From a bacterium (GTDB lineage Bacteria > UBA8248), in the NCBI GenBank assembly GCA_965200245.1, contig CBDATS010000005.1, positions 608,001 to 672,000 on the forward strand: a stretch of DNA of 64,000 nucleotides, read 5' to 3'. The notes under the pieces were generated by a model, which saw nothing but the letters and a program-made list of their open reading frames with translations, did not search any database and was not told the origin of the DNA. Both the position numbers and the translations under genes were made by a program. This document shows, piece after piece, positions 1 to 9,467 of the stretch (position 1 is its first letter; every line of letters starts with the position of its first letter).

Positions 1-996
1 CTCTTCCTCGAAATGGTGGTGCAGCGGCGCCATGCGGAACGCGCGCCTACCGGTGAGCCTGAAGGAGACCACCTGCACAATGACCGAAAGCGTCTCCAAG
101 ACGAACAAACCGCCCACCAAGAACAAGAGGAGTTCCTGCTTGATTGAAAGCGCCACCGTAGCCAGCAGCGCGCCCAGGGAAAGCGCGCCTACGTCGCCCA
201 TAAAGACCTGCGCCGGATACGCGTTGAACCACAAGAATCCAAGTCCCGCGCCGAAGATCGCACCGCAGACGATGGCTAATTCCCCCGCGCCCCGAACATG
301 GAGAATCAGCAGATACTTCGAGATTCCCGCATGGCCCGAAACGTAGCTGAAAACGAAATAAGCGCCCGCCGCAATCAGCAGCGGGCCGATAGCAAGACCA
401 TCCAGACCATCCGTGAGATTCACGGCGTTGCTCGTCGACACAATTACCAAAGCGGCGTAGGGCACAAACCAAATCCCGATATCGGGCTGGACGTTCTTTA
501 AGAAGGGGAGCATGACGACGGGCTTGAAATCCATCCCCACAAAACCGCTGTACAGGGCGTAGCCCACGACGAGGCCGATGATTCCTTGTGCCAGGAACTT
601 CATGGCGGGTCTAACACCGTTTTTGTCCTTCAGCATCACTTTCTTATAATCGTCCCAGAAACCCAGCAAACCGTAGGTGAGCAGAACGAACAGGGATACC
701 CAGATGTAACCGTTCGTCAGATCATTCCAGAGCAGAACTGGTACCGACACGCAAAATAGAATGAGTAGCCCCCCCATCGTCGGCGTTCCTTTTTTCGCCA
801 TGTGACTTTGGGGGCCATCTTCGCGGATTACCTCGCCGATTTGACGCTTCTGCAGATACCGAATCAGGCGTGGCCCGAGCAGCAACGACATGACGAGAGC
901 GGTAAGCACTGCCATCGCCGTCCTGAACGTGATGAAACGAAACACGTTTAGCGCCGCGATCGACTGACTCAAAGAAATGAAAGCGGAATAGAGCAT
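1..996 (-). CDS. mraY: Phospho-N-acetylmuramoyl-pentapeptide transferase MraY (3' end runs off window)
   Basis: Hand translation from ATG at 996 (overlaps murF TAA) gives MLYSAFISL..FRFITFRT..KKGTPTMGG..NAVNLTDGLDG..FMGDVG..MAPLHHHFE; the frame stays open to position 1. Confidence 0.95.
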   Translation of the reverse strand, partial: MLYSAFISLSQSIAALNVFRFITFRTAMAVLTALVMSLLLGPRLIRYLQKRQIGEVIREDGPQSHMAKKGTPTMGGLLILFCVSVPVLLWNDLTNGYIWVSLFVLLTYGLLGFWDDYKKVMLKDKNGVRPAMKFLAQGIIGLVVGYALYSGFVGMDFKPVVMLPFLKNVQPDIGIWFVPYAALVIVSTSNAVNLTDGLDGLAIGPLLIAAGAYFVFSYVSGHAGISKYLLILHVRGAGELAIVCGAIFGAGLGFLWFNAYPAQVFMGDVGALSLGALLATVALSIKQELLLFLVGGLFVLETLSVIVQVVSFRLTGRRAFRMAPLHHHFEEE

Positions 997-2411
997 TAAA
1001 TTTCGAGCTCCTCGATCACGCGTTCCATCATCATCGAACGCGACCCCTTCACCAAAACCCAGTCGCCTGAGAGGAGAGTTCCGGCCAGCGCGGAAGCGGC
1101 CTCTTCCGGCGTATCGAAATTCATGAGTCGGGCATCGTCCATGCCCGCCCGAAGCGCCTCATCGGACGCAAACCTCATCAGTGGCCCCACGCCCACGAAC
1201 AAATCCACACTGCAAGCTGCAAGCTTCCGACCTATGTCGCTGTGCGCGCTCTCGGCCGCTGGCCCCAGTTCTGCCATGTCGCCCAGAACCGATATGAGCC
1301 GCCCGCCACCCCTGAGAGCGCTCGCTGTCTCAAGCGCCCGGGAAACGGACTCCGGATTCGCGTTGTAGGAATCATCCAGCAGTTGAACACCCGGGTGTGT
1401 GGGTATCTCGCGCGCCTGCAACCGCATTTTGGGTAGAACCGCCCTGGAAAGTCCGGCGGTGACTTCGTCCAGGCAGATGCCCAGCACAGACGCGCAAGCA
1501 GAGGCTGCGAGCGCATTCAGGACGTTGTGACGTCCGAGCGCATCGATTTGCATCTCCCTTTCGCCCTCGGCGCAGCGGAGCCAAAAACGCGTGCCTCCCG
1601 TTGTGATTTGGATGTCGTCCGCCCAAAAATCGCTTTCCTGCGCAAACCCGAAACGAATCACACGCCCGCCCCTCGCCTCGAATCTCACGGCCAGAACGCG
1701 GCTGTACTCATCTTCGTTCGAAAGCACTGCCACGCCACCTGCAGGCATCGCTTCGAGAATCTCGCCTTTCGCATCGCGCACCGTCTCGACGCTGCCAAGC
1801 CCTTCGATGTGCGCAGGCCCCACATTCGTGATGACGGCGATTCCGGGGCAGGTGATTTCGGCGAGTCTCCTGATCTCACCGGCCTCGCTCATCCCCACCT
1901 CGAAGACGGCGTATGCATGTTGTTCTCCGAGGCGAAGGACCTGGTGCGGCAGCCCCACCAGATTGTTGAGGTTCCCATCGCTCTTGCAGACCTGGCCTGC
2001 CGTTGAAAGCGCAGCCGCAATCATCTCCTTCGTCGTCGTCTTCCCGTTGCTGCCCGTCACTCCCACCACAGGAATAGCGAAACGGTTCCGATACGCACGC
2101 GCTAAATCGCCCAAGGCCCGCAGTGTGTCCACGACCTCGACGATGAAAACCGTATCTCCGGCCGAAACATCTGTTCCTTTTTCCACGACGACGCCCGCCG
2201 CTTTTTTCTCAATCGCCTGGTGCAGGAACTCCGCGCCATCGAAATTGAGGCCTTTGAGCGCGATGAACAGATCGCCCGCTTCGAGCGTGCGCGTGTCCGT
2301 GCTCACGCCAGCGATGTGGGCAGGGGCGTTTCCACTGATGAGTTTCCCGCCCGTCGCCTCTGCGATCTCGTTTGCGCCAAAAACAGCTGTCATCGTTTCC
2401 ACCCCTGTCAT
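996..2411 (-). CDS. murF: UDP-MurNAc-tripeptide--D-Ala-D-Ala ligase
   Basis: GVTGSNGKTTTKE, DDSYNANP, LGDMAELG and VLVKGSR motifs; dcw position; alternative start at 2393. Confidence 0.95.
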   Translation of the reverse strand: MTGVETMTAVFGANEIAEATGGKLISGNAPAHIAGVSTDTRTLEAGDLFIALKGLNFDGAEFLHQAIEKKAAGVVVEKGTDVSAGDTVFIVEVVDTLRALGDLARAYRNRFAIPVVGVTGSNGKTTTKEMIAAALSTAGQVCKSDGNLNNLVGLPHQVLRLGEQHAYAVFEVGMSEAGEIRRLAEITCPGIAVITNVGPAHIEGLGSVETVRDAKGEILEAMPAGGVAVLSNEDEYSRVLAVRFEARGGRVIRFGFAQESDFWADDIQITTGGTRFWLRCAEGEREMQIDALGRHNVLNALAASACASVLGICLDEVTAGLSRAVLPKMRLQAREIPTHPGVQLLDDSYNANPESVSRALETASALRGGGRLISVLGDMAELGPAAESAHSDIGRKLAACSVDLFVGVGPLMRFASDEALRAGMDDARLMNFDTPEEAASALAGTLLSGDWVLVKGSRSMMMERVIEELEI

Positions 2412-3904
2412 TTCTCGTATCCAGCGATGCGGAGCGCCTCACGAACTTCTTCATGATCATCGAACGGCGTGCGCTGGGTTCCCAGAATCTGATACGTCTC
2501 GTGCCCCTTGCCTGCGATGACCACGGCGTCTCCCTCGCTTGCCTCGGCGACGATGGCACGAATCGCTTCGCGCCTGTCGAGAATGCTGCACCAGTGCCCG
2601 TCACTCCCCGGCACCAGAGCAGCACCTGCTTCTACTTCTCTCAGAATCAAGGCGGGGTCTTCCGTACGCGGATTGTCCGACGTCATCACCACGTAATCGC
2701 TCGCCCGCAGGGCGGCAGCGGCCATGAGAGGCCGTTTCTTTCTGTCCCTGTCACCCCCGCAACCCATGAGAGTGAGGATACGCTTCTCTGTAATGGGCCG
2801 GGCAAACTCCAGCACGCGGGCCAACGCGTCCTCAGTGTGAGCGTAATCCACTACCACAAGAAAGGGCTGGCCTGCGTCTATCTTCTCGAATCGCCCGGGT
2901 ATTTTCTCCAAAGACACGATGCCCGCGGCGACTTCTTCAGGCGTCAACCCCTGCGAGAGACACGCCGCTGAGGCGGCCAATATGTTACTCAGGTTGTGAC
3001 GTCCAATAAGCGCTGTTTCTATCTGCACCAATCCACTGGGCGTACGCATCTGGAAATCCATACCCGAAGACGAACTCAAAAGGTTTTCCACGCCAAGGTC
3101 CGCCTTGGCATCTAGAGCATATGTCCAGAGGTTCCCCCTCGCCTCCACCGCGATTCTCTGCCCGTAGATGTCGTCTGTGTTGACGATTGCATTAGCAGGT
3201 GAGAACTCCTGGAACAACTTTAGTTTCGCCCGAAAATATGCCTCCATGTCGCCGTGAAAGTCGAGATGGTCCTGGGTGAGGTTGCTGAACACCGCAGCTT
3301 GAAACTCGCATCCGAGCAGTCTGTCCAGAACCAGCCCATGGCTCGACACTTCCATCACGGCATGGGAAGCGCCAGCTTCTGCCATGCGGCGCAGATACTG
3401 CTGAAGGTCGGGGCCTTCCGAGGTAGTGCGCGGCTCCTCAAACACTTCATCGCCCACACGGTAATGAATTGTACCCATCAAGCCGGTTCGCCTGCCCGAG
3501 GAGCGGAGAATCGCGTCGATGAGAAACGCCGTGGTCGTCTTGCCGTTGGTGCCTGTGACGCCGATGAGCGCTAACTCACCTGAGGGATGACCGTAAAACG
3601 CATCGCCGATGCGCGACACAGCCTCGCGGCTCGAAGGCACGACGAACTGAGGCGTCTCGGGGGAAACACCTTCGATTTTTCTCTCGACGACGAGGGCGGC
3701 GGCACCCTTGGCAAGTGCGTCTTTGGCGAAATCGTGCCCATCAGCTTGAAAACCCGCGACTGCGACGAAGACATCGCCCGGCTGCACAAAGCGCGAATCG
3801 TAGGCCACGCCAGTGATTTGTGCGGCAAAATCGCCGCCTGCCCTCTCTCCGGGCATCGCGCTTGTCAATTCCTCGAACGAAGCGTTTCTCTCATACACGA
3901 CCAT
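2408..3904 (-). CDS. murE: UDP-MurNAc-dipeptide--meso-DAP ligase
   Basis: GVTGTNGKTT, MEVSSH, NLTQDHLDFH, VDYAHT and the DAP-specific DNPR motif; start chosen after GGAG. Confidence 0.95.
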   Translation of the reverse strand: MVVYERNASFEELTSAMPGERAGGDFAAQITGVAYDSRFVQPGDVFVAVAGFQADGHDFAKDALAKGAAALVVERKIEGVSPETPQFVVPSSREAVSRIGDAFYGHPSGELALIGVTGTNGKTTTAFLIDAILRSSGRRTGLMGTIHYRVGDEVFEEPRTTSEGPDLQQYLRRMAEAGASHAVMEVSSHGLVLDRLLGCEFQAAVFSNLTQDHLDFHGDMEAYFRAKLKLFQEFSPANAIVNTDDIYGQRIAVEARGNLWTYALDAKADLGVENLLSSSSGMDFQMRTPSGLVQIETALIGRHNLSNILAASAACLSQGLTPEEVAAGIVSLEKIPGRFEKIDAGQPFLVVVDYAHTEDALARVLEFARPITEKRILTLMGCGGDRDRKKRPLMAAAALRASDYVVMTSDNPRTEDPALILREVEAGAALVPGSDGHWCSILDRREAIRAIVAEASEGDAVVIAGKGHETYQILGTQRTPFDDHEEVREALRIAGYEK

Positions 3905-3912
3905 CACTCCGC

Positions 3913-5781
3913 TCAACGCGCCGCATCCCATAATGCCGCCTGCACATGATCACCATGCAGATAGCGGCGCACTTGCTTCGCGGCGTCCAGAATCTTCTCT
4001 CCCATCGCCTTATCCTCATGCTCCAAACCCGTATGAACTCGATCCAGAGGGCTCGAATCCGCGATCTGCAGAATCCTTGCTCCTTTTTGAGGAACGCGCA
4101 TGTAGCGCAGCGCCTGCCAGGCGATGCGCCGCCAAACCGGAGCCGCGACCGTGCCCCCCCACGCGCCTCCAGGCGCCTTTCCCTCATCAAAGATAACGAT
4201 GAGAGCGAAGCGGGGGTTCTCGAAAGGAGCGAAGCCTACGAACGACATAATGAAATTCGATCGACTGTATCCTCGCTGGCCCGGAAGAACCTTCTGCGCC
4301 GTGCCCGTTTTTCCCGCGGTGCCATAGCCCAGAATTTCGGCCTTTCTACCCGTACCCTCGGCCACAACCTTCCGCATCAGGGCGCCGAGACGTTTCGCCA
4401 CGAGGGGAGAAAGGACACGTCTGAGTTCGTGCCTTTTGGCCAGCAGTACCCTCCTGCCGTCACGTTCGATGGAATCGTGCAAAACGGGCCTAGGCATCAG
4501 CCCGCCGTTCGCCACCGTAGCCACGGCCATCACCATTTGTAACGGGGTGACGGCCACCTCTTGGCCAATAGATACTGCCGCCAGTGAGGTTTTCGACCAT
4601 TTCTCCGTCGGGCGAAGCACTCCCCGGGCTTCGCCAGGGAAACGGATTCCCGTCTTTCGGCCGAAACCGAATCGATCCGTCATGATGTAGAATTGATGTT
4701 TGCCGATATCGCTCGCCATCTTGAATGTGCCGATGTTCGATGATTTCACGATTACCTCTTCGGCGGTTAGCCAGCCGTATCCTTTGGGATCCCGGAGGGT
4801 GTAGCGTCCTCCTCCAAACTTGTAGATACCGTTTTCGGCGAAATATTTTTTCGAGAGTGATTCGCCCGCCTCAAGATAGGCCGCCGCCGTTATGATCTTG
4901 AACGTCGATCCAGGTTCGTAGAATTCCTGGATGGCAGGTTCTTTCCAACGGGATGCACCGTAGAGATTATACGTGTTGGGGTTGAAACTCGGCACAGACG
5001 CCATGGCCAGGATTCTTCCAGTGTGAGGTTCGACCATCACTCCGATGGCGCGCCGCGCACGCACTCGGCGAAGTTGGGCACTCAACTCCTTCTCGACGAT
5101 ATATTGCAACACCCCGTCGATGGTGAGACGAACATCCGCACCTGGGCGCGGGGCTACGAGTACCCGCTCCTCAGGATGAACCGACCTACCTTTAGCATCG
5201 CGCTCGATGCGAATGCGGCCCTCTCGCCCGCCCATGTACTCTTGATAGGATTGTTCCACGCCATAAATGCCCGCATCGTCGATACCCACGAAGCCGACCA
5301 GAGACGATGCGAGTTCACGTTTGGGATAAAAACGCCTGCTTTCGTTAACAAAGCCCAAGCCAGCGATCTTCAGATTCTCGATTTCCCTCTGCTGATCGGG
5401 GTTGATCTTCCGCTTGAGCCAAACGTACCGTCGGCGTCCATTTAGTTTTTCGAAATACTCTCGCGTCGAGCCGCCGAGAATTTTATTGAGCGTCAACGAA
5501 GCCCTTTGGGGATCGGCCACTTCCCTGGCGTTGGCATAAAGAGAAGGCGCGTTAATGCTCACCGCCAAAGGCCTTCCCCTCGCGTCAACAACATCTCCTC
5601 GCCTAGGGCGCACAACGAGCGTGCGGCGCAACTGGCGTTCTGCATATGCCACGAGGTGTTCGCGGTCCCGTATTTGGATGATGAAGAGCTTGACACCCAA
5701 CATGCAAAATCCGAATACAACCAAGGAACCGCATATCATCAAGCGGTGAGAGAAGCCATGCGTCATGGGCTGACCTGTCAT
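3913..5781 (-). CDS. ftsI: Cell division transpeptidase PBP3/FtsI
   Basis: N-terminal TM segment, RG-x3-D-x2-G, YEPGSTFK (SxxK), KSSN (SxN) and KTGTAQ; the ORF-track 5' extension overlaps ftsL, so the start is placed at 5781 (or 5766). Confidence 0.93.
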   Translation of the reverse strand: MTGQPMTHGFSHRLMICGSLVVFGFCMLGVKLFIIQIRDREHLVAYAERQLRRTLVVRPRRGDVVDARGRPLAVSINAPSLYANAREVADPQRASLTLNKILGGSTREYFEKLNGRRRYVWLKRKINPDQQREIENLKIAGLGFVNESRRFYPKRELASSLVGFVGIDDAGIYGVEQSYQEYMGGREGRIRIERDAKGRSVHPEERVLVAPRPGADVRLTIDGVLQYIVEKELSAQLRRVRARRAIGVMVEPHTGRILAMASVPSFNPNTYNLYGASRWKEPAIQEFYEPGSTFKIITAAAYLEAGESLSKKYFAENGIYKFGGGRYTLRDPKGYGWLTAEEVIVKSSNIGTFKMASDIGKHQFYIMTDRFGFGRKTGIRFPGEARGVLRPTEKWSKTSLAAVSIGQEVAVTPLQMVMAVATVANGGLMPRPVLHDSIERDGRRVLLAKRHELRRVLSPLVAKRLGALMRKVVAEGTGRKAEILGYGTAGKTGTAQKVLPGQRGYSRSNFIMSFVGFAPFENPRFALIVIFDEGKAPGGAWGGTVAAPVWRRIAWQALRYMRVPQKGARILQIADSSPLDRVHTGLEHEDKAMGEKILDAAKQVRRYLHGDHVQAALWDAAR

Positions 5782-5801
5782 GGGCGGCAGGAGGAAGGTG
5801 G

Positions 5802-6164
5802 TTATTCCATGCTTCCGAGCCCAATTTCCACATACACTATTTGCTCGGGTTCCGGAAAAACCATTTCCAATTTTTTTCGTGCAATCGACTCGATACGATC
5901 CAACTGCCGAAGCGCGGCCACTTCTATCCGCAAGACGCGCCTCTCCTGCAGCAACTTTTCCCTTTGACTTTCCAAATGCGCAAGGTGGTAGCCGATCTTC
6001 ACCATTTCCAGATGCGGCCACACCAAAGCGGCGGCACTGCACGCGATAAAAGTGATGCACAGGCCAACCTTTAACAGCGAAACGTCCGTGCCTGTGGACG
6101 CCTTGTCGTAAAAACGCGCAGTGAATTTTTCCCGCCAACCGCGTCTGCTTTTTGAGCGCCTCAT
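5802..6164 (-). CDS. ftsL: Cell division protein FtsL
   Basis: Basic N-terminus, single TM, leucine-zipper coiled coil and RIESIARKKLEM; lies between rsmH and ftsI. Confidence 0.85.
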   Translation of the reverse strand: MRRSKSRRGWREKFTARFYDKASTGTDVSLLKVGLCITFIACSAAALVWPHLEMVKIGYHLAHLESQREKLLQERRVLRIEVAALRQLDRIESIARKKLEMVFPEPEQIVYVEIGLGSME

Positions 6165-7090
6165 TCCCCAGACTTCCCGAGGCGCTCGGCGGCACGCAGT
6201 TTCGCACTGCGGCTACGCGGATTTTCCCTCACTTCCGATGTATCAGGCCGTACGACCCTGCGCGTCAGAATTTCGAGGGTCGGAGCCTCGCCGCCCGAAA
6301 GTTCGCGGAAGAGATTCTTGACGATTCTATCTTCCAGCGAATGAAAGCTGATGACGACGATGCGTCCGCCCGGACGCAGGATATCTACCGCATCGCGCAG
6401 AGAACCCTCGAGTGTCTCTATCTCGCGGTTCACAGCGACCCGCAGTGCCTGAAATGTCCGGGTCGCGGGGTGGATGCGCCAACGCCTCCCGCTGCGGCCG
6501 CTCCTTCTGACTGCGACCGAGGCAATGAGCGATGCGAGTTCATCGCAACGCTTCAGGCCGCCATGCGCGCGCGCCCGCCCGATAGCGCGCGCGATGGCGC
6601 GGGAGTGGCGCTCTTCTCCGTATCGATAGATGAGATCAGCGAGTTCTTTTTCAGATAATTGCTCGATCAGGTCGCCCGCTGTCGTTCCCTGTGTTTGATC
6701 CATTCGCATATCCAAAGACTCGGGAGCGTCCATGCGAAACCCGCGGCCAGGCGTGTCGAGTTGCATCGCAGAGGGGCCGAGATCGAACAAAACGCCGTCG
6801 ACCGCCTCATGACCCTCCGCCTTTACGATGCGCTTTATTTCACCATGATGTGCGTGATGAATTCTGGCGGCAGACCCGTATTTCGCCAGCCGCTTCGTAC
6901 AGATATCGACGGCATCCCTGTCCCGGTCACAGCCGATCAGCACACCCGATGGCTGAACCGCATCCAAAACCGAAACGCCATGTCCCCCTCCGCCCAAGGT
7001 AGTATCTAAGAACACAGCGCCCGGAGATGGCGCCAGGAAGCGCAAAACCTCCTGAACCATGACCGGAACGTGAGATGCCGTCCTTTCCAC
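6161..7090 (-). CDS. rsmH: 16S rRNA m4C1402 methyltransferase
   Basis: HVPVM, DTTLGGGGH, LDMRMD, HPATRTFQALR, ISFHSLEDRIVK and NPRSRSAKLR; GTG start at 7090 preferred to 7165. Confidence 0.95.
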   Translation of the reverse strand: MERTASHVPVMVQEVLRFLAPSPGAVFLDTTLGGGGHGVSVLDAVQPSGVLIGCDRDRDAVDICTKRLAKYGSAARIHHAHHGEIKRIVKAEGHEAVDGVLFDLGPSAMQLDTPGRGFRMDAPESLDMRMDQTQGTTAGDLIEQLSEKELADLIYRYGEERHSRAIARAIGRARAHGGLKRCDELASLIASVAVRRSGRSGRRWRIHPATRTFQALRVAVNREIETLEGSLRDAVDILRPGGRIVVISFHSLEDRIVKNLFRELSGGEAPTLEILTRRVVRPDTSEVRENPRSRSAKLRAAERLGKSGE

Positions 7091-7182
7091 GTTTTCACCG
7101 CAAAAGATTTCTTCTGCGACATATTCGCTTGAAATGTTTTTTTCCAGTGCGGCAAACACCCCCACTCCCCCTTAAGCCCGCA

Positions 7183-7641
7183 TTAAAATTCGAATTCGAT
7201 CAAATCTTCAGCAGACTCCTCTTCGGTAACCCCGGGCCCCCCATCATCTACCTCACCCATTTCCTCGTTCCATTTCGCCTTGTCCCAAATCTCCAGCCTG
7301 TTTTCGATGCCCGCGACAACGGCATCCTTTTCGATAGAAGTTTTTGCGCGCAACTCAGCGGGCAGGAGAATTCTGCCCTGCCGGTCGAACTCGCAAGATT
7401 CAGCGCGGCCATAGAGTCTTCTGAGCGTACGCCGAACCTCTTTCGAGGCTGTAGAGAGTTCCTCAAGTTTCTCGCTGAATTTGCGTTTCCATTCCTGAAC
7501 GGGATAAACGAAGATACAACCATCCTTGGTGATGAGAATGACCTGATCGCCATATGTGGCGCTTAGGTGCTCCCTGAACCTCGCCGGAATACTGACGCGG
7601 CCTTTTGCATCCACCGTTACTGGATGGGCACTGATGAGCAT
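7183..7641 (-). CDS. mraZ: Division/cell wall cluster repressor MraZ
   Basis: Two SpoVT-AbrB repeats (DAKGRVSIPARFR, DRQGRILLP) and LEIW; first gene of the dcw cluster. Confidence 0.95.
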   Translation of the reverse strand: MLISAHPVTVDAKGRVSIPARFREHLSATYGDQVILITKDGCIFVYPVQEWKRKFSEKLEELSTASKEVRRTLRRLYGRAESCEFDRQGRILLPAELRAKTSIEKDAVVAGIENRLEIWDKAKWNEEMGEVDDGGPGVTEEESAEDLIEFEF

Positions 7642-7654
7642 CTCACCTGTAACT

Positions 7655-7679
7655 CCCACTTTATCCCATAATTTCCCAC
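7655..7679 (-). promoter_or_regulatory. MraZ-binding direct repeats (proximal)
   Basis: Minus strand reads GTGGG-aaatt-ATGGG-ataaa-GTGGG with a 10-bp period, between the promoter and mraZ; matches the known TGGG/GTGG MraZ boxes. Confidence 0.8.
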
Positions 7680-7691
7680 TGAATATTACCC

Positions 7692-7720
7692 TTTATACTG
7701 CGAGGCCAAGTGCCTGTCAA
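7692..7720 (-). promoter_or_regulatory. Sigma70 promoter of the dcw cluster
   Basis: TTGACA (7720-7715), 17-nt spacer, TATAAA (7697-7692). Confidence 0.8.
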
Positions 7721-7885
7721 CAGAAAATTTTAGAAAATCAGTAAAAACAAATGTTTTTAGCAGAAAAGTCAGGAAAAATATCATGTATTTTACGACAAAA
7801 TCGTGCTATTTTCAGTGGAATTATTTAATATATAACATTAATAAAATATTATAATATATTGAATTTATTTAATTAAAAAAATTAA

Positions 7886-7900
7886 GTGGGTTGAAGTGGG
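7886..7900 (+). promoter_or_regulatory. Second MraZ-box-like repeat pair (distal, inverted orientation)
   Basis: aaGTGGG-ttgaa-GTGGG with a 10-bp period on the plus strand, at the edge of an AT-rich tract. Confidence 0.5.
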
Positions 7901-8459
7901 GTGAAATTAAAAACATCAGGGTAAAAGGAGTATTCTTTGTCAATAAGGGAAAAGAGCAAGCGTCACTGTTCTCGACGATTTCTCTCGTGGCGCCAAGTGC
8001 GTATGTCTCGCCTTTGTTTGTGTCCGAATTGCAGGGAAACGCGTGATGTCCTGTGTAACACACAGGACCACGACGGCCAGAAAAACCCCCAGAATTATTC
8101 CAGCAAAATATAAAGCAACAGAAACCAAACAAGTATACTAATGCCCATCTCGCAGACTAGAGGGCCGGGAGAATATCCAACCGCCGCCCGGCGTTTCCTG
8201 GGCAGATGGAGACGAGATGAGAAGTATGCCATCGCCGCGCGTCTTTTGAGAGTCGCTGGGCTTCAGGGCTTCAATACGCTGTACGTGCGGATTGAATATC
8301 AACGAGTGGCCCCCCCCCGCGCACATATTCCGACAGGCGCGCATCATTTCCAGGTTTGGGGATTCAAGGGAAAGACAAGGAGAGAGGCGCGATATCCCTC
8401 TCAATGGGGCGATACCCCTTCAGAACGAGACCCCGAGGCATCCACCCCATTGAAAGGAA

Positions 8460-9332
8460 TCAAAAACAATGTTCTTCCGCCGGAAACATGCCTTCCCGCA
8501 CTTCCCGGCAGTAACGATCCAGTGCGTCAGTGGTCATGCGCCCCACATCCGCGTATACCTTGACGAATTTCGGCGTGAAATCGTTGAACAGGCCAAGCAT
8601 GTCGTGGGTGACGAGCACCTGACCGTCACAATCGGGGCCTGCTCCGATGCCGATAGTGGGGATGTCGACTTCACGCGTTATACGGACTCCCAAGACCGCT
8701 GGTATACCTTCGAGCACGATGGAAAACGCGCCGCTCTCCTGCACTGCCACTGCGTCGCGCAGCACCTGATCCGCTTCCTCATCTGTTTTTCCCTGCACCT
8801 TGAAACCGCCGAAGGCATGAACACTCTGGGGCGTGAGACCCACGTGCCCCATCACGGGAATCTGGCTGTCCACCACCGCACGAATCTCGTCCTTGACGCG
8901 AACGCCGCCTTCTAACTTCACCGCTTCAGCGCAGCCTTTCTGGATAAGACAACCTGCGTTCATGACGGTGTCACGCGCATTGACGCCGAAGCTCAGAAAC
9001 GGCAGATCGGCGACAAGCAACGCTTTGGGGTTCGCACGGCTCACCGCGCGGGTGTGGTGTACCATGTCGTCCAAAGTCACCTTCGTCGTGTCGGGATAGC
9101 CCAAAACCACCATGCCCAGACTGTCACCCACAAGAATGACGTCCACATCGGCATCATCCACGAGTTTCGCTGTGGGGTAGTCGTACGCTGTGACGGAGGT
9201 GATCTTCTTTCCACCCTTTCGCGCACGAATGGTGGCGGTGGTGACTTTTCTACGTGTTTTCTTGTACGCGCCGTTTCCGTTGATCGAATTTCTACCGTTG
9301 GAATACAGTTTCTCAAGGCTTTTTGTGCTCAT
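8460..9332 (-). CDS. panB: 3-methyl-2-oxobutanoate hydroxymethyltransferase
   Basis: TAYDY, LVGDSLGM, VKLEGG, GHVGLTPQ and GIGAGPDCDGQVLV; GGAGGGAG RBS before ATG 9332. Confidence 0.96.
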   Translation of the reverse strand: MSTKSLEKLYSNGRNSINGNGAYKKTRRKVTTATIRARKGGKKITSVTAYDYPTAKLVDDADVDVILVGDSLGMVVLGYPDTTKVTLDDMVHHTRAVSRANPKALLVADLPFLSFGVNARDTVMNAGCLIQKGCAEAVKLEGGVRVKDEIRAVVDSQIPVMGHVGLTPQSVHAFGGFKVQGKTDEEADQVLRDAVAVQESGAFSIVLEGIPAVLGVRITREVDIPTIGIGAGPDCDGQVLVTHDMLGLFNDFTPKFVKVYADVGRMTTDALDRYCREVREGMFPAEEHCF

Positions 9333-9467
9333 GGTCGCTCCCTCCATGGGTGAACGCCTGCAGGAAATTGACTTCGATGCCAAATTTTTTCGTTCATGTG
9401 TCCAAGGCCATCAGCTCTCGGCACAGTTTACCAAGATCAAACACTCTCCTCGCCGGCAAGATGCGAA

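Noticed and set aside
5782-6207. 143-aa N-terminal extension of FtsI in the ORF track (likewise the extensions of folP, folC, prfA, rho and the WYL gene)
   Set aside because: These overlap upstream genes or leaders; downstream starts with better RBS and normal N-termini exist
7740-7960. AT-rich tract as a replication origin or DNA-unwinding element
   Set aside because: No TTATCCACA DnaA boxes and no dnaA/dnaN context; it is explained as the dcw upstream region. The 12-bp ATATTATAATAT palindrome is expected by chance in A/T-only sequence.
8141-8563. 140-aa plus-strand ORF, and the minus-strand ORFs at 7869-8404
   Set aside because: No recognisable domain or RBS; the plus-strand ORF overlaps the panB 3' end; likely spurious
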